Shown here one piece after another: positions 1 to 12,817 of a stretch of DNA of 64,000 bases. The first letter of the stretch is position 1. Every line of letters begins with the position of its first letter. Where the stretch lies: the NCBI RefSeq assembly GCF_026210795.1, contig NC_089433.1, positions 1,984,001 through 2,048,000 on the forward strand, written 5' to 3'. The notes under the pieces were generated by a model. The model was not told the DNA's origin. It did not search any database and saw only the letters and a list, made by a program, of their open reading frames with translations. The translations under genes were made by a program, and so were the position numbers. The DNA comes from Rhizophagus irregularis (lineage: Eukaryota).

Positions 1-3000
1 TAGGTAGACGACGTCTTTTGCACATAAAAAGGTGCATTAGGTCTTCCATGCGGTCGATACAAGAACGGCAAGTTAATTCGTCTATGTATAAGTCAGGTCG
101 GGTCCGTTTAAGCTTTTCCAATGTAGGCAAATCATCCAAGAAGAGTTTGAATTTAAAGGTTAAATGTCTTGAAGCGTGCTCGAGAGTAAAAGATGCGTCA
201 TAAGAAGGTTTGAAATTCAAAGTGAACCAAGTAAGTTCCCAGTCAACAATATAATCTGTATTAGATGATAATAAAGAAATAAAGTAAAATCGCGTTAAAT
301 TTAACAAGTCACGCATTAACTGCGTTTGATAATATTGTTTGAGGAGGTGTCGTGGATTAGATTCACAGACTATATCATTGTCATAAGTTAAAACAAAATC
401 ATGGGCAGAGGCTAGGTCCATTCCAGAAATCAAAATACTGGATGACGCAGTATGAGCAGTGTTGGCCAAGGAATCAGCGAAATCATTTAAATAGTTGCCA
501 GAGTGAGCTTTAACTTTGACAGGAAGAACTGTCAAATTCTTGGAAAGGATGGTCCGTTCAATAATAGCCCAAAGCTCAAAATTGGAAGTTTTATAGTACA
601 AACGACTATTCAAGTAGACGGAGGAAGAGCAACTTCGAAGACCATCAATGGCAGTTTGCGAGTCAGTATAAATAGTAACTTCTGAGTCGCGAGGGGAAAT
701 GGTTAAAACTGCGTAAATAGCGGCAGCTTCAGCTCGAAAAGAAGAAGGATTATCTCGAATAAGGCCATGAGCATAAGTGGCAATGGAGTTGGGAAAACCA
801 GCATCTGGAACAATTTGCATCCAGGACCAGCCCATGGAAACATCAGGGGTGCCTAGATTAATAAGGGACCCATCAGTGAAAAAGATATAACGTGAGTCTG
901 AAGACACAACCAACGGGGAATTTGAAAAAACAGCAGCAGCTGAGGATTCTATAGTGATAGGAGGAGCAAAAGCTTCAACAATATCATCAGAAGAAGAGAC
1001 AAAATCAAAATCCAATCGACTATAATAAAGACGGACACCATCTTCTATATCAGCCCAAGTAAAAGAAGAAGTCACTTCAGAAGTGTTGCGTCTAATTCGC
1101 TCATTGGTGGTCGGCAAAATAAGCGAATGTTGTAAAGAAACCGTAGGCGTGCAAAGGGTTAAATCAGCATTCTGTTTTTTGGAAGGAGGCAAAGGAGTAT
1201 GAGCAGCGCAACCAGGGCAAGGAGAAAGTCTAATGAGATCACCAGGTGAAGATTCACAATCAGGAGAAATCCAATGGACAATAGAACAAGTACCACGACT
1301 TGCTTGGACCAAAAGCTGTTTGCCAAAGAGGGGAGAGCCGTAGTCGTCTAACGTGACAATCCAATTTTTAGTAGTGGGAGGAGAGGATGTGCAAGGAGCC
1401 AATTCATAAAATGAAGAGTCAATCGTAGGCGTAGCAATAAACTGAGCCAGCAAACGATTGTTGGTGTCAGGAATAGTGGTAGCTTGCTGGATATCTTTAT
1501 ACCAATAGGGGATACGGCCAGGGCCACGTCGTCCAACCAAATTATCATAATAGGCTTTCCAGGAAATTAAATGAGTTCCTTGAGGAGTGACAAGCTGAGA
1601 TAGATAAAACAATTGACATTTTCGCAAAATAGGAAAATACGCTTTGAAGGCCTTAGGTGTCATGCATTCGAATAAAGGAACGCGTCCATTCAACAAAGTT
1701 AGGTTCGGAAGCTTCGAAAGTTGAGTATGAAGCAAACGAAAAGGAGTAGAAGATAAGAGAGCAATAGTGCATGCGATATAATCTTTCTTAAAAGAAAAAA
1801 AGAGAAGACCATATAGACCAGTCCTTAATTAAAAGAGGAGAAATAGGAATTAAAAAATTATATTGTATCAAACTCAATCTATAAATAAAAAGAGATTGAA
1901 TAAAAGAAAAAGAAGAATTAGCCATTAAAAATAAATTAGTAATATGACATTGTCGTTGATGAGCAAACAAATTAGTCAAGCCTAAGGCTTGAGATAAAAA
2001 TAAAATGGGATTGGGTAAAGAACGAGAAAAATTTACTTTGTGTTTTACAACAGATCGTATACTTCGCGTAATTAGGTGGCAGTCAGATTCAGACAAGTGG
2101 GTGACTTGCATCCGGTATTCAAGTTTCGGTATAAGGACAGCATTATGCAAGTATACAACTTGTTTGGGAGAGAGCTTTGCAGGGCGGATGGTCGCAGCGA
2201 ACGAGCAACATTCGCGTTTGAGTTGTTTTTTGACAAAATCCCGGGAGCTTTTAATATTAAACCAAACACCTAAAAAATGAAAAGAAGTTGTCATAGAAAT
2301 TGGGGTAATAGTAATAGAGGGAATATTATTTAAAGAGGATAAACCCAAATTAAAAGTGATAGGAGATAAAGTGGAATTCGAAGTCAAAGGCAACGAATTA
2401 GTAATTAACACATATTTGCTATAATTAGCAGAAGTGTTATTAATCTGATAAAATTCTTCTGTAATGGATAACATAAATTCCATGCCAACTTTCGACGAGG
2501 AAATAAGAGTAGAGTCATCCATAAATACTAAATTATTAATCTTCAAATCGAAAGAAGGATTTGGAGAATCAATTAAGGAAGGTGTAGATAGAACATAAGG
2601 ATCCATCATTTCATTCTTCAAGACAGTCAGTAAAGGATCAATATAAATAACCCATAAAAGAGGAGAAATAACTTCGCCTTGGTCAATACCAATGCGAACC
2701 CTATAAGCAGGCGTGGATCCATGAGCAGTAAAAACGCTATTAATGCGTTTTGTGAAGAGGGAAAGAATAAACTTAACAGCAGAAGCTGGAAGGCGTATTC
2801 GTTCTAGAGCAAAACATAACATCGTCAAATCGACCGAGTCGAAAGCTTTAGAGATGTCTTGGGAAAGAATCCAAAGTGGATTTTTGTTGATATCAGCATC
2901 ATGGATAATAGATTCTAGAGTAATAATAGGGTCTCGACAAGAACCACCAGGAAGACCAGCGAAGTTACCACCTTTAAGAACATCATGTAAAGCCATAATA

Positions 3001-5063
3001 GTAGAAAGGCGATTATAAAAAAGTTTGACAAGAGACTTTCTAATCACTTCAAGTAAAGTAATAGGACGAGTATTTTTCAATTGACATTTCCATTCGTGAG
3101 GTTTGGGAATGGGAAAAACCATTGCTTGGCGCCATAAATCAGGAATATCAGCTTTGGAAAGGCATGCTTGAATTAAAATGAGGAGTAGAGCCGAGGTACG
3201 GGATCCAAGATGCTTGAGCATTTCATAGGTAATCATGGAAGGTCCAGAGGCTTTACCGTTAGGAGTAGAAGAAACAGTGGTTAACCATTCGTCAAGGGTA
3301 GGGGGATTCATTAAAGAATCATAGATGGAGGAGGACACATCATCCATGGGTTGGTAGGCAGAAGACCATCTATCAGGCAATGTATCTACAGATACAGGAG
3401 GAGTGGACTTTATAGGTACAAAGTTTTGGAAATGGTTAACAACAGCATCATCAATGTCCTTAGGATCAGTTAACAACTGAGGGTGAGTAGGATGATCAAT
3501 AAAGACACGATCCAAGGTGATACGGCGGCGAGTACGAGAAAGCGCTGACTCAATGAAAGAAGAAAGGTCCGTTTTAAAATTATTATTTCTATCGTCCAAG
3601 TGAGCACGGATGGATGAATCTTGAAAATCTTTCTCTTGAAGCAAATGAAATCCCCGTAAGGATTTTGAAATATTGGATAAATCATCGAGAAGTGACTTGA
3701 AATTATCTTGTCGACATGATGAAAGAGAAAAGGGCAAAGTAGGAACGAAAGTAAAAACTTTCTTATATAATTGCAAAATGTTTTGAAGTCTAATTAAATG
3801 AGTAGACCACTTATGTTCATGAGCAGCAGAATAAGAAGAAGGATATTTGCGCAGTAAACGTATCGAATGCATTAGGCGATTTAAGAACCGATAGTGTTGA
3901 GTTAAGATTTCCAGATCTTTAGGGACCTTAGGAGTATAATTGTTGCCAACAGTAGAAGAAGGTAAAGTAGCGTTGGCAGCTTTAAGGATGCGCGATTAGA
4001 GATATTCGCACATTTGATTGATATGCCAGAAGGAAAAAGTTGAAGGTAAGACATCACATAAAGCATCAGCTTTGTCAGCGAATTCTGTCCATTGAATATC
4101 AGTTACAGTATCAAATTTGAAAATGCGACAGGTTTGGCGCTTGAGTTGACGAGCGCGAGCCAATTTAGTAGAGGCAAAAAGTAAAGACATATCATAGTAT
4201 GTGATGACAGGGTTATGGTCAGATGTGCAGATGTCTTGAGCATCAAAAATGCAAGCAGTAAGGGCAAATCTTTTAAGAAGAGGACAGGACCATACATAAT
4301 CAACACGAGTAATTTGGTCATTGCGATGAAAGGTGCCTAAAGAGTAGGAAAGATTAACAGGAGTATAGTCTTCATATCCATGAGAAAGGAGATGAAAAAA
4401 TAATCGGTGAATATGTTTTGAAGCAATTTGGGGTTGATTAAAATAAATAGGGTAATATTTATCTAAATGCATATTAAAATCGCCACAAACAGCATGGTGA
4501 AAACCAGCTTGTTTAGTAAGGATAAGTTGTTGAATAAGCAAATCAATAGTATCAGTGCGCAAAACACTTTCAGCAGGGGGAGGGATATAGATAACAAATA
4601 TACGCAATTTAACATTGCCTTTGAAATATAAATCAACAGAGAGTAATCGTGAAGAATGGGATTTAAAATCTTGAACATGTGAGGCAAGAGAATTTTCTAT
4701 AAAAAGAGAAACACCGCCAGAAGAAAGAATTTGTTTAGAAGTATCCAAATTGGAAGAGAACACAGTATAATTAGAAAGACGTTTGGATAAAAACTTCATT
4801 TGTTTAGGGTGAAGATGGGTATCAACAATACCACCAAAAGAAATATGTTTTAACAAAAAGAAAGTAGAAATTTCTTCTAATTTAGTCTGACCATACATTT
4901 TAAGGCCATTAACATTAAAAGAAGAAATATTGAATGAATTGGGGATAGGGGAAGTGTTACTGGGGGAAGAAAACAACGATTCATGTGAAAAAATATCAGT
5001 AACATTATCAGGATTGGGAGGGTTTCGTACAAAGGTATCATATTTAAAATTATTGTCCGACAT
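1..5063 (-). pseudogene. LINE ORF2: APE endonuclease, reverse transcriptase and RNase H, with premature stop and frameshifts
   Basis: APE: SFNVNGL, GDFN, RVDYVW, SDHNPV. RT: QDISKAFDSV, GIDQGEVISP, FMDD. RNase H read by hand at about 465-892: FFTDGS, RAEAAAI, YTDSQ, KVKAHSG...NDFADSLA. In-frame TAA at 3996-3998; frame lost near 1790. Confidence 0.92.
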
Positions 5064-5112
5064 TAAAACACAATGATAAAAACAGTCGGGGAGTAAAAGT
5101 TAAAGAAGAAAA

Positions 5113-7235
5113 TTAAACAGAAGAAGCTGAATCAGCTTGTTCCGGGGGAGCACCACCAAGGGAGCCAATGAATTGTTTGATATGACCAGTAAGTTGGTCT
5201 AATTTGCTTTCAATGGCGACTCTACTATTTTTGAGATCATTAATTTCTTCTTGCGTGGAGGAGATAGGAGTAAAGGGAGGAGCATTTGGAGAAAAGTGAG
5301 AAGAAGGAAGAGAAGTGTCAGGGATAATAGTGAAGGTAGGCGAGGGTCGCGCTAAAATGCTTTTGGGAGCCAGTGGAGATTTAGCGGAAGATTGGATATT
5401 AAGCGGAACGTGAGTTATAGGGGCATCTTCTTGCATGAGGTCCGGTTCAGGTTCATTGGGCAGAGGGAGTGGATCAAGGCCAAGGTGTGATTCAATACGA
5501 GTCATCCGTTGGTCAGCAAGTTCAAGAGCGGAGATGCGTTTGTGAAAGTTAGCAACTTCACATTGTAATTCTCGCAAAAGGTTTAAAATGTTATTAGCAT
5601 CATCAGGAGATAATGCAGAGTTAGGAATCTGTCGGGGTAATGGACGTGCTGTAGAACGAGAGGAGGAAGAAAAGGAGACCGATCGTTCTTTGCTATTATG
5701 GCGGGCACGTTGGGAGGTATTGGGAGGGGTTTGTTATGATTATTATCATTATTAGTGCGGTCGTGGGAAATGCTATAGGCACGTCCAGAATTAGAAGCAG
5801 ATCGATCTCTAGATTTGGAATGAGATCGAGAGCGAGAACGTGCATTGACAGTATTAGAATTGGAACGACGAGGTTGATTAACGTTAAATCGTTCTTTGAG
5901 TTTTGCAACAGGGTCGCGAGTGCGACTTCTACCTCTGGTTTGTTTGAGAGGGCAAAAATTGGGAGCACAACCTAATTTGCCACATCTGCGACAAAGTTTA
6001 TTAGTATTATCGGGGGAGGACCAGAAAAGCACTTTGCCTTGGAAGCTGACAGTCTGTTCCATAGCAGCATCCATGGTCTCTTGGGAGTTGAAGGTGACAT
6101 AGGCCCATCTTTTGGGTTTGTAGGAATTTAAAGAAAGCGGGACATTGACAGCCTTTGCGCCAAGGTCACGTGTAAGAGGAGCCAAGTTGATATCCTTAAC
6201 ATTGGGGGGAAGTTGAGTGAGGGTAGCAACGTATTGACGGTGCGCAGCCTTTTGATCCACAGTATAGAAACATGGAGTAATTCTAAGACAGGTGGAGAAA
6301 CAGTATACAGCCCATTGATCGGTAAAACGAGCAATTGAATCGGCGTGATCATAAACAATACGGGCTTGCTGGACTTTGGCATTAGGCCTGGAGAAGAGGC
6401 GGCAAGAGGTAATATTACCAAATTTTTTGAAATAGGCCATGAGGTTATCCTTTTTGATAAAAAAAGGGATATCTGTAACTTGGATAGCCCGGAGATCTTC
6501 ATTGGATCGGAGTTGGCGAGGGTCATGAGCATGAAAGATCAAGTCAGGGAACTCGGGATGAGTGGAACCAACGCACAAGTCGCGTGCTTCAGCGGTATGG
6601 AAGTGGATAACGAGGCGTTTAGCCTCACCAGAACCAGTCATACGAGCTTTTCCAGTGAATGACTCGTATGTTTCTAAAAAAAGGTTATTCACAGCCTCAA
6701 TAAGGGCTTTATTGGTAGGGAATTTCTTGAGAGATTCAGGGGCAGCATTCGGCGCAGCCGCAGCCTGAAAATCATCTCTGGTTATGGCGAGGGTCACCAC
6801 TGGATCTGGAGTATGATCGCCATCTGGAGCACCATTGGTATCCAAATTAGGCGACGCGTTAGGGGGTTGTTGTAAGTCTTTGTTCGAAGGTGCATGCATG
6901 GACGCGTCCACATTTCCAGAAGACGCGACGTGACTGGGCGCAGTTGGCGCAGCAGATTTTTTCGGGGAGGAGGTCAAAGTATTTTCGCCAGAGATATTTT
7001 GTTGAGGAGAAGAGGAAGGTCCATCTACTCCAACGTCAGCCGTCTGGGTATCGGCAACGTAGTCTTCTTCCATAGAATTTTCGGTAATCGTACGATTACG
7101 TTTCTGCTGGATAGTATTTTCACCATCGGAGCTTGAATTATCGGAGTTATTATTATTTTTTCGTTCTTGACGGGAAGCTTTCCTACTGTTAGGGTTATGA
7201 CTTCCACGGCCTCTCTTGGCATAGTTACCAGACAT
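5113..7235 (-). pseudogene. LINE ORF1 (two RRM-like domains, zinc knuckle, RS-rich tract, coiled coil), split into two ORFs
   Basis: RRM-like IQVTDIP...FKKFGNI and WAYVTF; knuckle CRRCGKLGCAPNFC; ORFs 5583..7235 and 5113..5577 are in different frames. Confidence 0.85.
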
Positions 7236-7430
7236 AGTAGAGGGCTTTGAGTTGGGAATATATAAAATATAAAATTTTATTAGTAGCTTGTATTATTTTT
7301 TTTAAAAATAATAAAAAAAAATTATTTTCGTCGAAAATTTTCGTTTTTGAAAAATTCAGGAGAGAGTTACTCGCTAGTTAAAAACCAATATATCGGGTAG
7401 CAGATATGTATCAGATATGTACCCGATATG

Positions 7431-8147
7431 TAGGGATGGTTAGGTCGGTCCTGATCTAGTCCTGGTCCTGGGACCTATAAGTCCTATTGAACGGACCTGC
7501 GGACCAGGTCCTGTTAGGACCAGTCCTGGACCTGGTCCCAGGACCTGGTCCTGACTAAGTTATTTATAGATTTTATGAATTTTAGTAATAATTAAATACA
7601 AAAAAAGTGAGTTGCGATATCGGGATTCACTTTTTTATATTGATTTTATATAAAAAAAGTGAGTTGCGGTATCGGGATTCACTTTTTTATATTGATTTTA
7701 TATAAAAAAAGTGAGTTGCGGTATCGGGATTCACTTTTTTATATTGATTTTATATAAAAACAGTGAGTTGCGGTATCGGGATTCACTTTTTTATATTGAT
7801 TTTATATAAAAAAAGTGAGTTGCGGTATCGCGATTCACTTTTTTATATTGATATTAATATAAAAATGTGAATCGCAATATCGCAACTCATTTTTTATATG
7901 ATTTTAATAATATAAAAATTGTATTGCAATATTGCAGTGCACTTTTTTATAATTTATAATTACTTAAAATCAAATTTACAGCAAATTATACATATATAAT
8001 TTAAACATATAGATCTCTTATAACCTTATTGGCTAGGACTTTTTAGGACCTGGTCCGCTTCTGGTCCAAAATTTGGACCTAAAGATCTGCAGACCAGGTC
8101 CTAGGACCAGGTCTTTAGGTCCAGGACCTAGGACTTTACCATCCCTA
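7431..8147. mobile_element. hAT-like MITE
   Basis: TIR TAGGGATGGT/ACCATCCCTA; 8-bp TSD CCGATATG (7423-7430, 8148-8155); many subterminal GGACC/GGTCC motifs. Confidence 0.88.
7600..7900. repeat. 52-bp tandem repeat, about 5-6 copies, inside the MITE
   Basis: gtgagttg recurs at 7607, 7659, 7711, 7763 and 7815. Confidence 0.9.
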
Positions 8148-9800
8148 CCGATATGTGTAGTATTAATGCAGAAAATCGGGTACCCGATATATGTAAGATA
8201 TGTGTAAATATATATATCGTCTACATATTATTTACATATCATATATATATCGGTACCCGATATATATATGATATATATATTTACATATATCTTACACATA
8301 TCGGGTACCCAATTTTCTGCATTAATACTACACATATCGGGTACATATCTGATACATATCTGCTACCCAATATATTGGTTTTTGACCAGTGCAGGTGGGC
8401 TTTCATGTTCTGAAAAACAGAAAAACTAAGATTTATAAGTAAGTACGAATCTTGGTTTAATTTTTTTAATTTTTTTTTAATATTAATGAACAGTTACTAA
8501 TAACCGTTCTTTCTTTTTTTAAGCTTCGGGTGGGCTTCTGATTTTCGGGAAAAGAGGAACCAAGATTTGTAAGTACGAATCTTGGTTTATTTTTATATAT
8601 ATATATTTTTTTAATATTATAAACGATTACTAATAACCGTTCTTTACTTTTTTTTAGGTTCGGGTGGGCTTCCAAAGAACGGAAAAGATTCTTTAACGTC
8701 AAAAATTTTTTTTCTTTAATATTATGGCTCATCCTACAGAAGAATGTGATCAAAACGCTACGGTCTATATCAGTAACCTTTGATGAATATTGTACTGAAA
8801 CTCTGATTTAGGAGTTAATACTTCTGGCAGAGGACATGTTGGTAATTTTCACTCTCTCTGCTTATTTTATTTTGTTATAAATTCAGCATTACTAATCAGA
8901 AAATATATTTTAACTTCAAGTCAATGTTCATTTACCAAAAGATTGCATAACTCAAACACATCAAGATTGAGTTTTGTGAGTTTACGAATAAAGATGATGC
9001 AGATTAAAATAATGAATCAAATCAAGTTGTATGGGAAGCCTATTCGTGTTAATAAAGTAGGCAGTTTGTTTTTATTGTTTGTTGTGTAGCATACTCAAAT
9101 ATTGATTTATTTTACAATATTTTTAATTTAGATTGCATGAGATCCCGATACTGGTAATTAGTAAAAGATATGGGTTTATTTCATATATTTTTTGGTTTTT
9201 TATCCGAAATTTCTTTTTATTTCTTTTTTTTTATATAAATACTTTATTTATTTTTTAGATACACTTTTTTTTATAGGATGCTGAACTCAAACGAACAAGA
9301 CAGCAGGACAGGTAAATGGGGTGAATGGTATGTGTTAATTAAGGAATGTTTCTAATGTTCTTTTTTTTTTTTGTAGCACTGGACTTTTGGAATGGACTTA
9401 GCTTGATGAGGTAAAGTGAGAGTAGTGTTTTTTTTTAAATTTATTTTTAAGAAACGTTCTAATGTTTCTTTTTCTTTTACTATAGAGACGCTGGCTTTTT
9501 GGGGTTGAAATGGACGAATTAGACTTTATGCTGATGAGATAAAGAGACTTAAAGGAGGATAGGAAGCGTTTATTTTTAATTTTTCTAAATTTTTCTATTT
9601 TTAGGACATTTTACAGCATTAAGATTGTGATATTAAAACATTATAATGGAATTATGATATTACGGCAGAATTATACAAAAAGTTATACAACTATCAGATT
9701 GTGGAAGATTCATTTCTCTTTTTTATTTTTTAATCTATTTACATTTATTTAATTGATTAATATTGAAATTTTGCTTTATTTTACTTTCTCAGGGACATTA

Positions 9801-10334
9801 CACAGGTCAAAAAGTGAAAAATCAGGCACCAATCAGTCACCAATCAGGTAGCTGATTGGTGACTGATTGGTGACCGATTGGTACCTGATTGGCATTTTCG
9901 ACAAATACCATCACCAATCAGGCAGTTTGCTAACTTTTGATCCAGTGATCAGAAAAGAATGAAATATAGCTCATTGGAATCGTCTCAACAAGACGAATCT
10001 AATGGTAGTAATATCATATTTCTAGGATTAATACTTGATGAGAAATTAAGTAAAATATAAAAATAAAAATGTATCATTTATATTTTATTTAATTTTTTAT
10101 TAACTATTAATCCTAGAGATGCGATTTTACTACCATTAGATTCGTCTTGCTGAGACGATTCCAATGAGCTATATTTCATTCTTTTCTGATCACTGGATCA
10201 AAAGTTAGCAAACTGCCTGATTGGCGATATTTGGCGAAAATGCCAATCAGGCACCAATCGGTCACCAATCAGGTACCTGATTGGTGACCGATTGGTGACT
10301 GATTGATGCCTGATTTTTCACTTTTCGACCTGTG
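9801..10334. mobile_element. Foldback MITE, nearly palindromic over its whole length
   Basis: Ends CACAGGTC.../...GACCTGTG; TTA on both sides (3-bp TSD); arms contain repeated ccaatcag/ctgattgg. Confidence 0.85.
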
Positions 10335-11403
10335 TTATTTCTAATATTTTAATTTTTTTTTTGATATATATATATATATATATTGCTTCTAATTATTTTT
10401 TTTCTGAAATGTTTCTTTTTTTTATAGTACAATTTTATTTCATGATATCCTTTAAAGATAACTTCAGAATTTTATAGATTTTTTACTAAAAAGATATTAA
10501 AGATATTAAATCATATGAGCCAATCCTTAGAATCTAATTTTTTTACACAAAAATAATTTTATTAAAGCAAATATAAATTATCATTTATATAAGAATAATA
10601 AATTTATACTAGATAATGCAAAAAAAACTAATTAATTATATAATTTTTAATTTTTTTTTAATATAAGATATCATTAAAATTTAAAAGATCAAATATAACT
10701 CTCATGATAAAATCATTGATAATTCTTCGTAGAAATAAGCTATACAAATAAATTTACATTCATTTAAAAGAAAAATTGAGATCTATCTAATGAATCTAAA
10801 ATCAAATGAATTGAATCACTAGTTGCTCAGTAATCACATTCAGTATATTTATTGAATTTTATCTAAATTTGATCATTAATTACTTCACATGTAGTGATTC
10901 AATTTGAATGATAAATTTAAAATAATTCGTTTATATATAGATGTTTAGGAATCATCAATTATATTAATAATATAAAATTTTATATGTTTAATAAAATCTG
11001 ATATAAAAAAATTTATTAAATACCTGTAGATGCAAGCTACACAAATGAAATTATATTCATTTGAAAATTGAGGTCTATCTAATAAGCCTAAAATCGAATA
11101 AATTGAATCACTAGATTGTGAATAATTACGTCTAATATATTTATTTTTAATTTTTTAAATTTGATTTGACTTTGATCGTTAATTACGCCTCATCCAGTGA
11201 TCCAATTTTCCTGATCTTTGATTTTTACAATAGAGCAAATTCTCAGCTTTCAAATGAATGTAAAATGATAATGTTAGCATATCTCCAGGAATAATAATGC
11301 ATGATTTTGTCACCTGCATAAAGTTCGATCTGAAAATTTTATTTCTTACCAAAAAATGCTTTCATAAGAGAATCCCAAATTCTTTTACTTTATTTAAAGG
11401 ATT

Positions 11404-11463
11404 AGTAGATAGATTAAGTAGACATCACTATATATATAGTGATGTCTACTTAATCTATCTACT
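11404..11463. repeat. Perfect 60-bp terminal palindrome, left (candidate telomere-resolution site)
   Basis: AGTAGATAGATTAAGTAGACATCACTATAT|ATATAGTGATGTCTACTTAATCTATCTACT. Confidence 0.97.
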
Positions 11464-12817
11464 TACACCATAGTGATGCCTACTTATAGATATTAATGCC
11501 TACTTACTTATTTTTAGGTGTCTATGCCCCTTCTGATGCTTTATTGCTACCCATCTGTTTTCACTAGTCTGTGACTGTTTGGTTGCTTTATAGATATTTG
11601 CTTGATTTTATTGTTCTGCCATCTTTTTACTGCCTTGTAACTATTTGCTTGTTTTCATTGCTCTGTAGCCTTTTTGTGGCCAAAATGCTTGGCCGGCCTT
11701 GATTGCTAAAAATCATGTTGTGATCGGGTGGCGCAGTAAATTTGCTAATCAGATTTTGGCCGGCATTATGCTATATTTTTGACCTAATCTTTAGGGCGGA
11801 ATATCTTGGCTTCCTGTGATTGGATTCATGCGGTTTTAAGCTCGTTCTGATGAGGACGTTGAGAGCTTTCCAATGATGCTAAGATCGCATGAATCAGATG
11901 CCTGGATGCCGAGATATTGCATCCTGAAATTTATGCAAAAAAAATATGGAATAGTGCTAGCCGAAATTAACGAAATTCTACTGCGCCTACTGCGTTAATC
12001 ATGTGATTCAGTTTCTCGCCAGTTCCAGGCACTTTCCCGTCACTTTCTCGCAACCTTCTTGCAACTTTCAAGGGATATTCAGGATTCGATCTGGTGTATC
12101 AGTTGGTCGGAGATTTGGAGATGCCTATTTGATTGCCGGATGAGGCACAAAGTGCCGAATTTGCAATCCATCTATTTGCCGAAGACATTTCACAATCCAT
12201 TTCCTCACTTTTTGATTGCCAGGGATGAGGCACGAAGTGCCGAATTGGTGACCTAGATGTGCAATCCTGCCTTCCATAACCCTTTTGATTGCCGAGAATG
12301 AGGCACAAAGTGCCGAATTTGTGCCCATTCTTGCAATCCCGCCCTTTATATGCCCTTTCTGATTGCTGTGTGAGGCTCATGCGAAGTGTCGAATTGGTTC
12401 AGGCTATATCGCTTTCATATCTTTTTTCGTGTATTCTCCTGAACCTTTCTGCCTTTCCAGTCTCTTTCCTGCCTATCGGTGGTAGGCCACTCAAGTGAAA
12501 TTTCTCTTTTCTTTCCTATATATAATTCTGCTTGAGTGGGTTACCATAAACTTGCTTGTTTTCGCCTTCTAGCTCTTGTTCCTGTATAGTTTCTACTCTG
12601 GGATACTTTGGAGTACTACTACATCGATTACTTTTAGGCATTATTATATTGATTACTTTGGGGTACTACTACTGACCCAGTATTTTGCCCACGCTAGCAA
12701 GCATATTCGCTCAAAATTATATAGAATTTTTATTTTGAACTTTGCTAGTTTCTCTGTTATTTTATACTGCTTTCTTGCATATACACCATGCTTCTTGCGC
12801 AAAAAAATGCTGGGCCT
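11404..12817 (+). repeat. Left TIR (1,414 bp)
   Basis: Reverse complement of 40682-42095; about nine substitutions seen by eye; mirrored ORFs in the track. Confidence 0.97.

Larger units (their letters stand above)
1..7370 (-). mobile_element. Non-LTR retrotransposon (LINE) with ORF1 and APE-RT-RNase H ORF2; decayed; 3' end lies outside the window
   Basis: ORF1 and ORF2 motifs are collinear on the minus strand; AT-rich 5' UTR about 7236-7370 (boundary approximate). Confidence 0.93.
7372..8391. mobile_element. Foldback MITE with long TIRs (CACTG-like end), interrupted by a hAT-like MITE
   Basis: Left cgctagttaaaaaccaatatatcgggtagcagatatg matches the reverse complement of the right end, cactggtcaaaaaccaatatattgggtagcagatatg; TSD not clean. 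Confidence 0.7.

Noticed and set aside
18..7222. Small antisense and alternate-frame ORFs over the LINE
   Set aside because: They are shadows of the LINE coding sequence.
7600..7900. Regular repeats as a CRISPR array (also 48600-48840 and 49400-50100)
   Set aside because: They are head-to-tail units without unique spacers, inside MITEs, in eukaryotic DNA with no cas genes.
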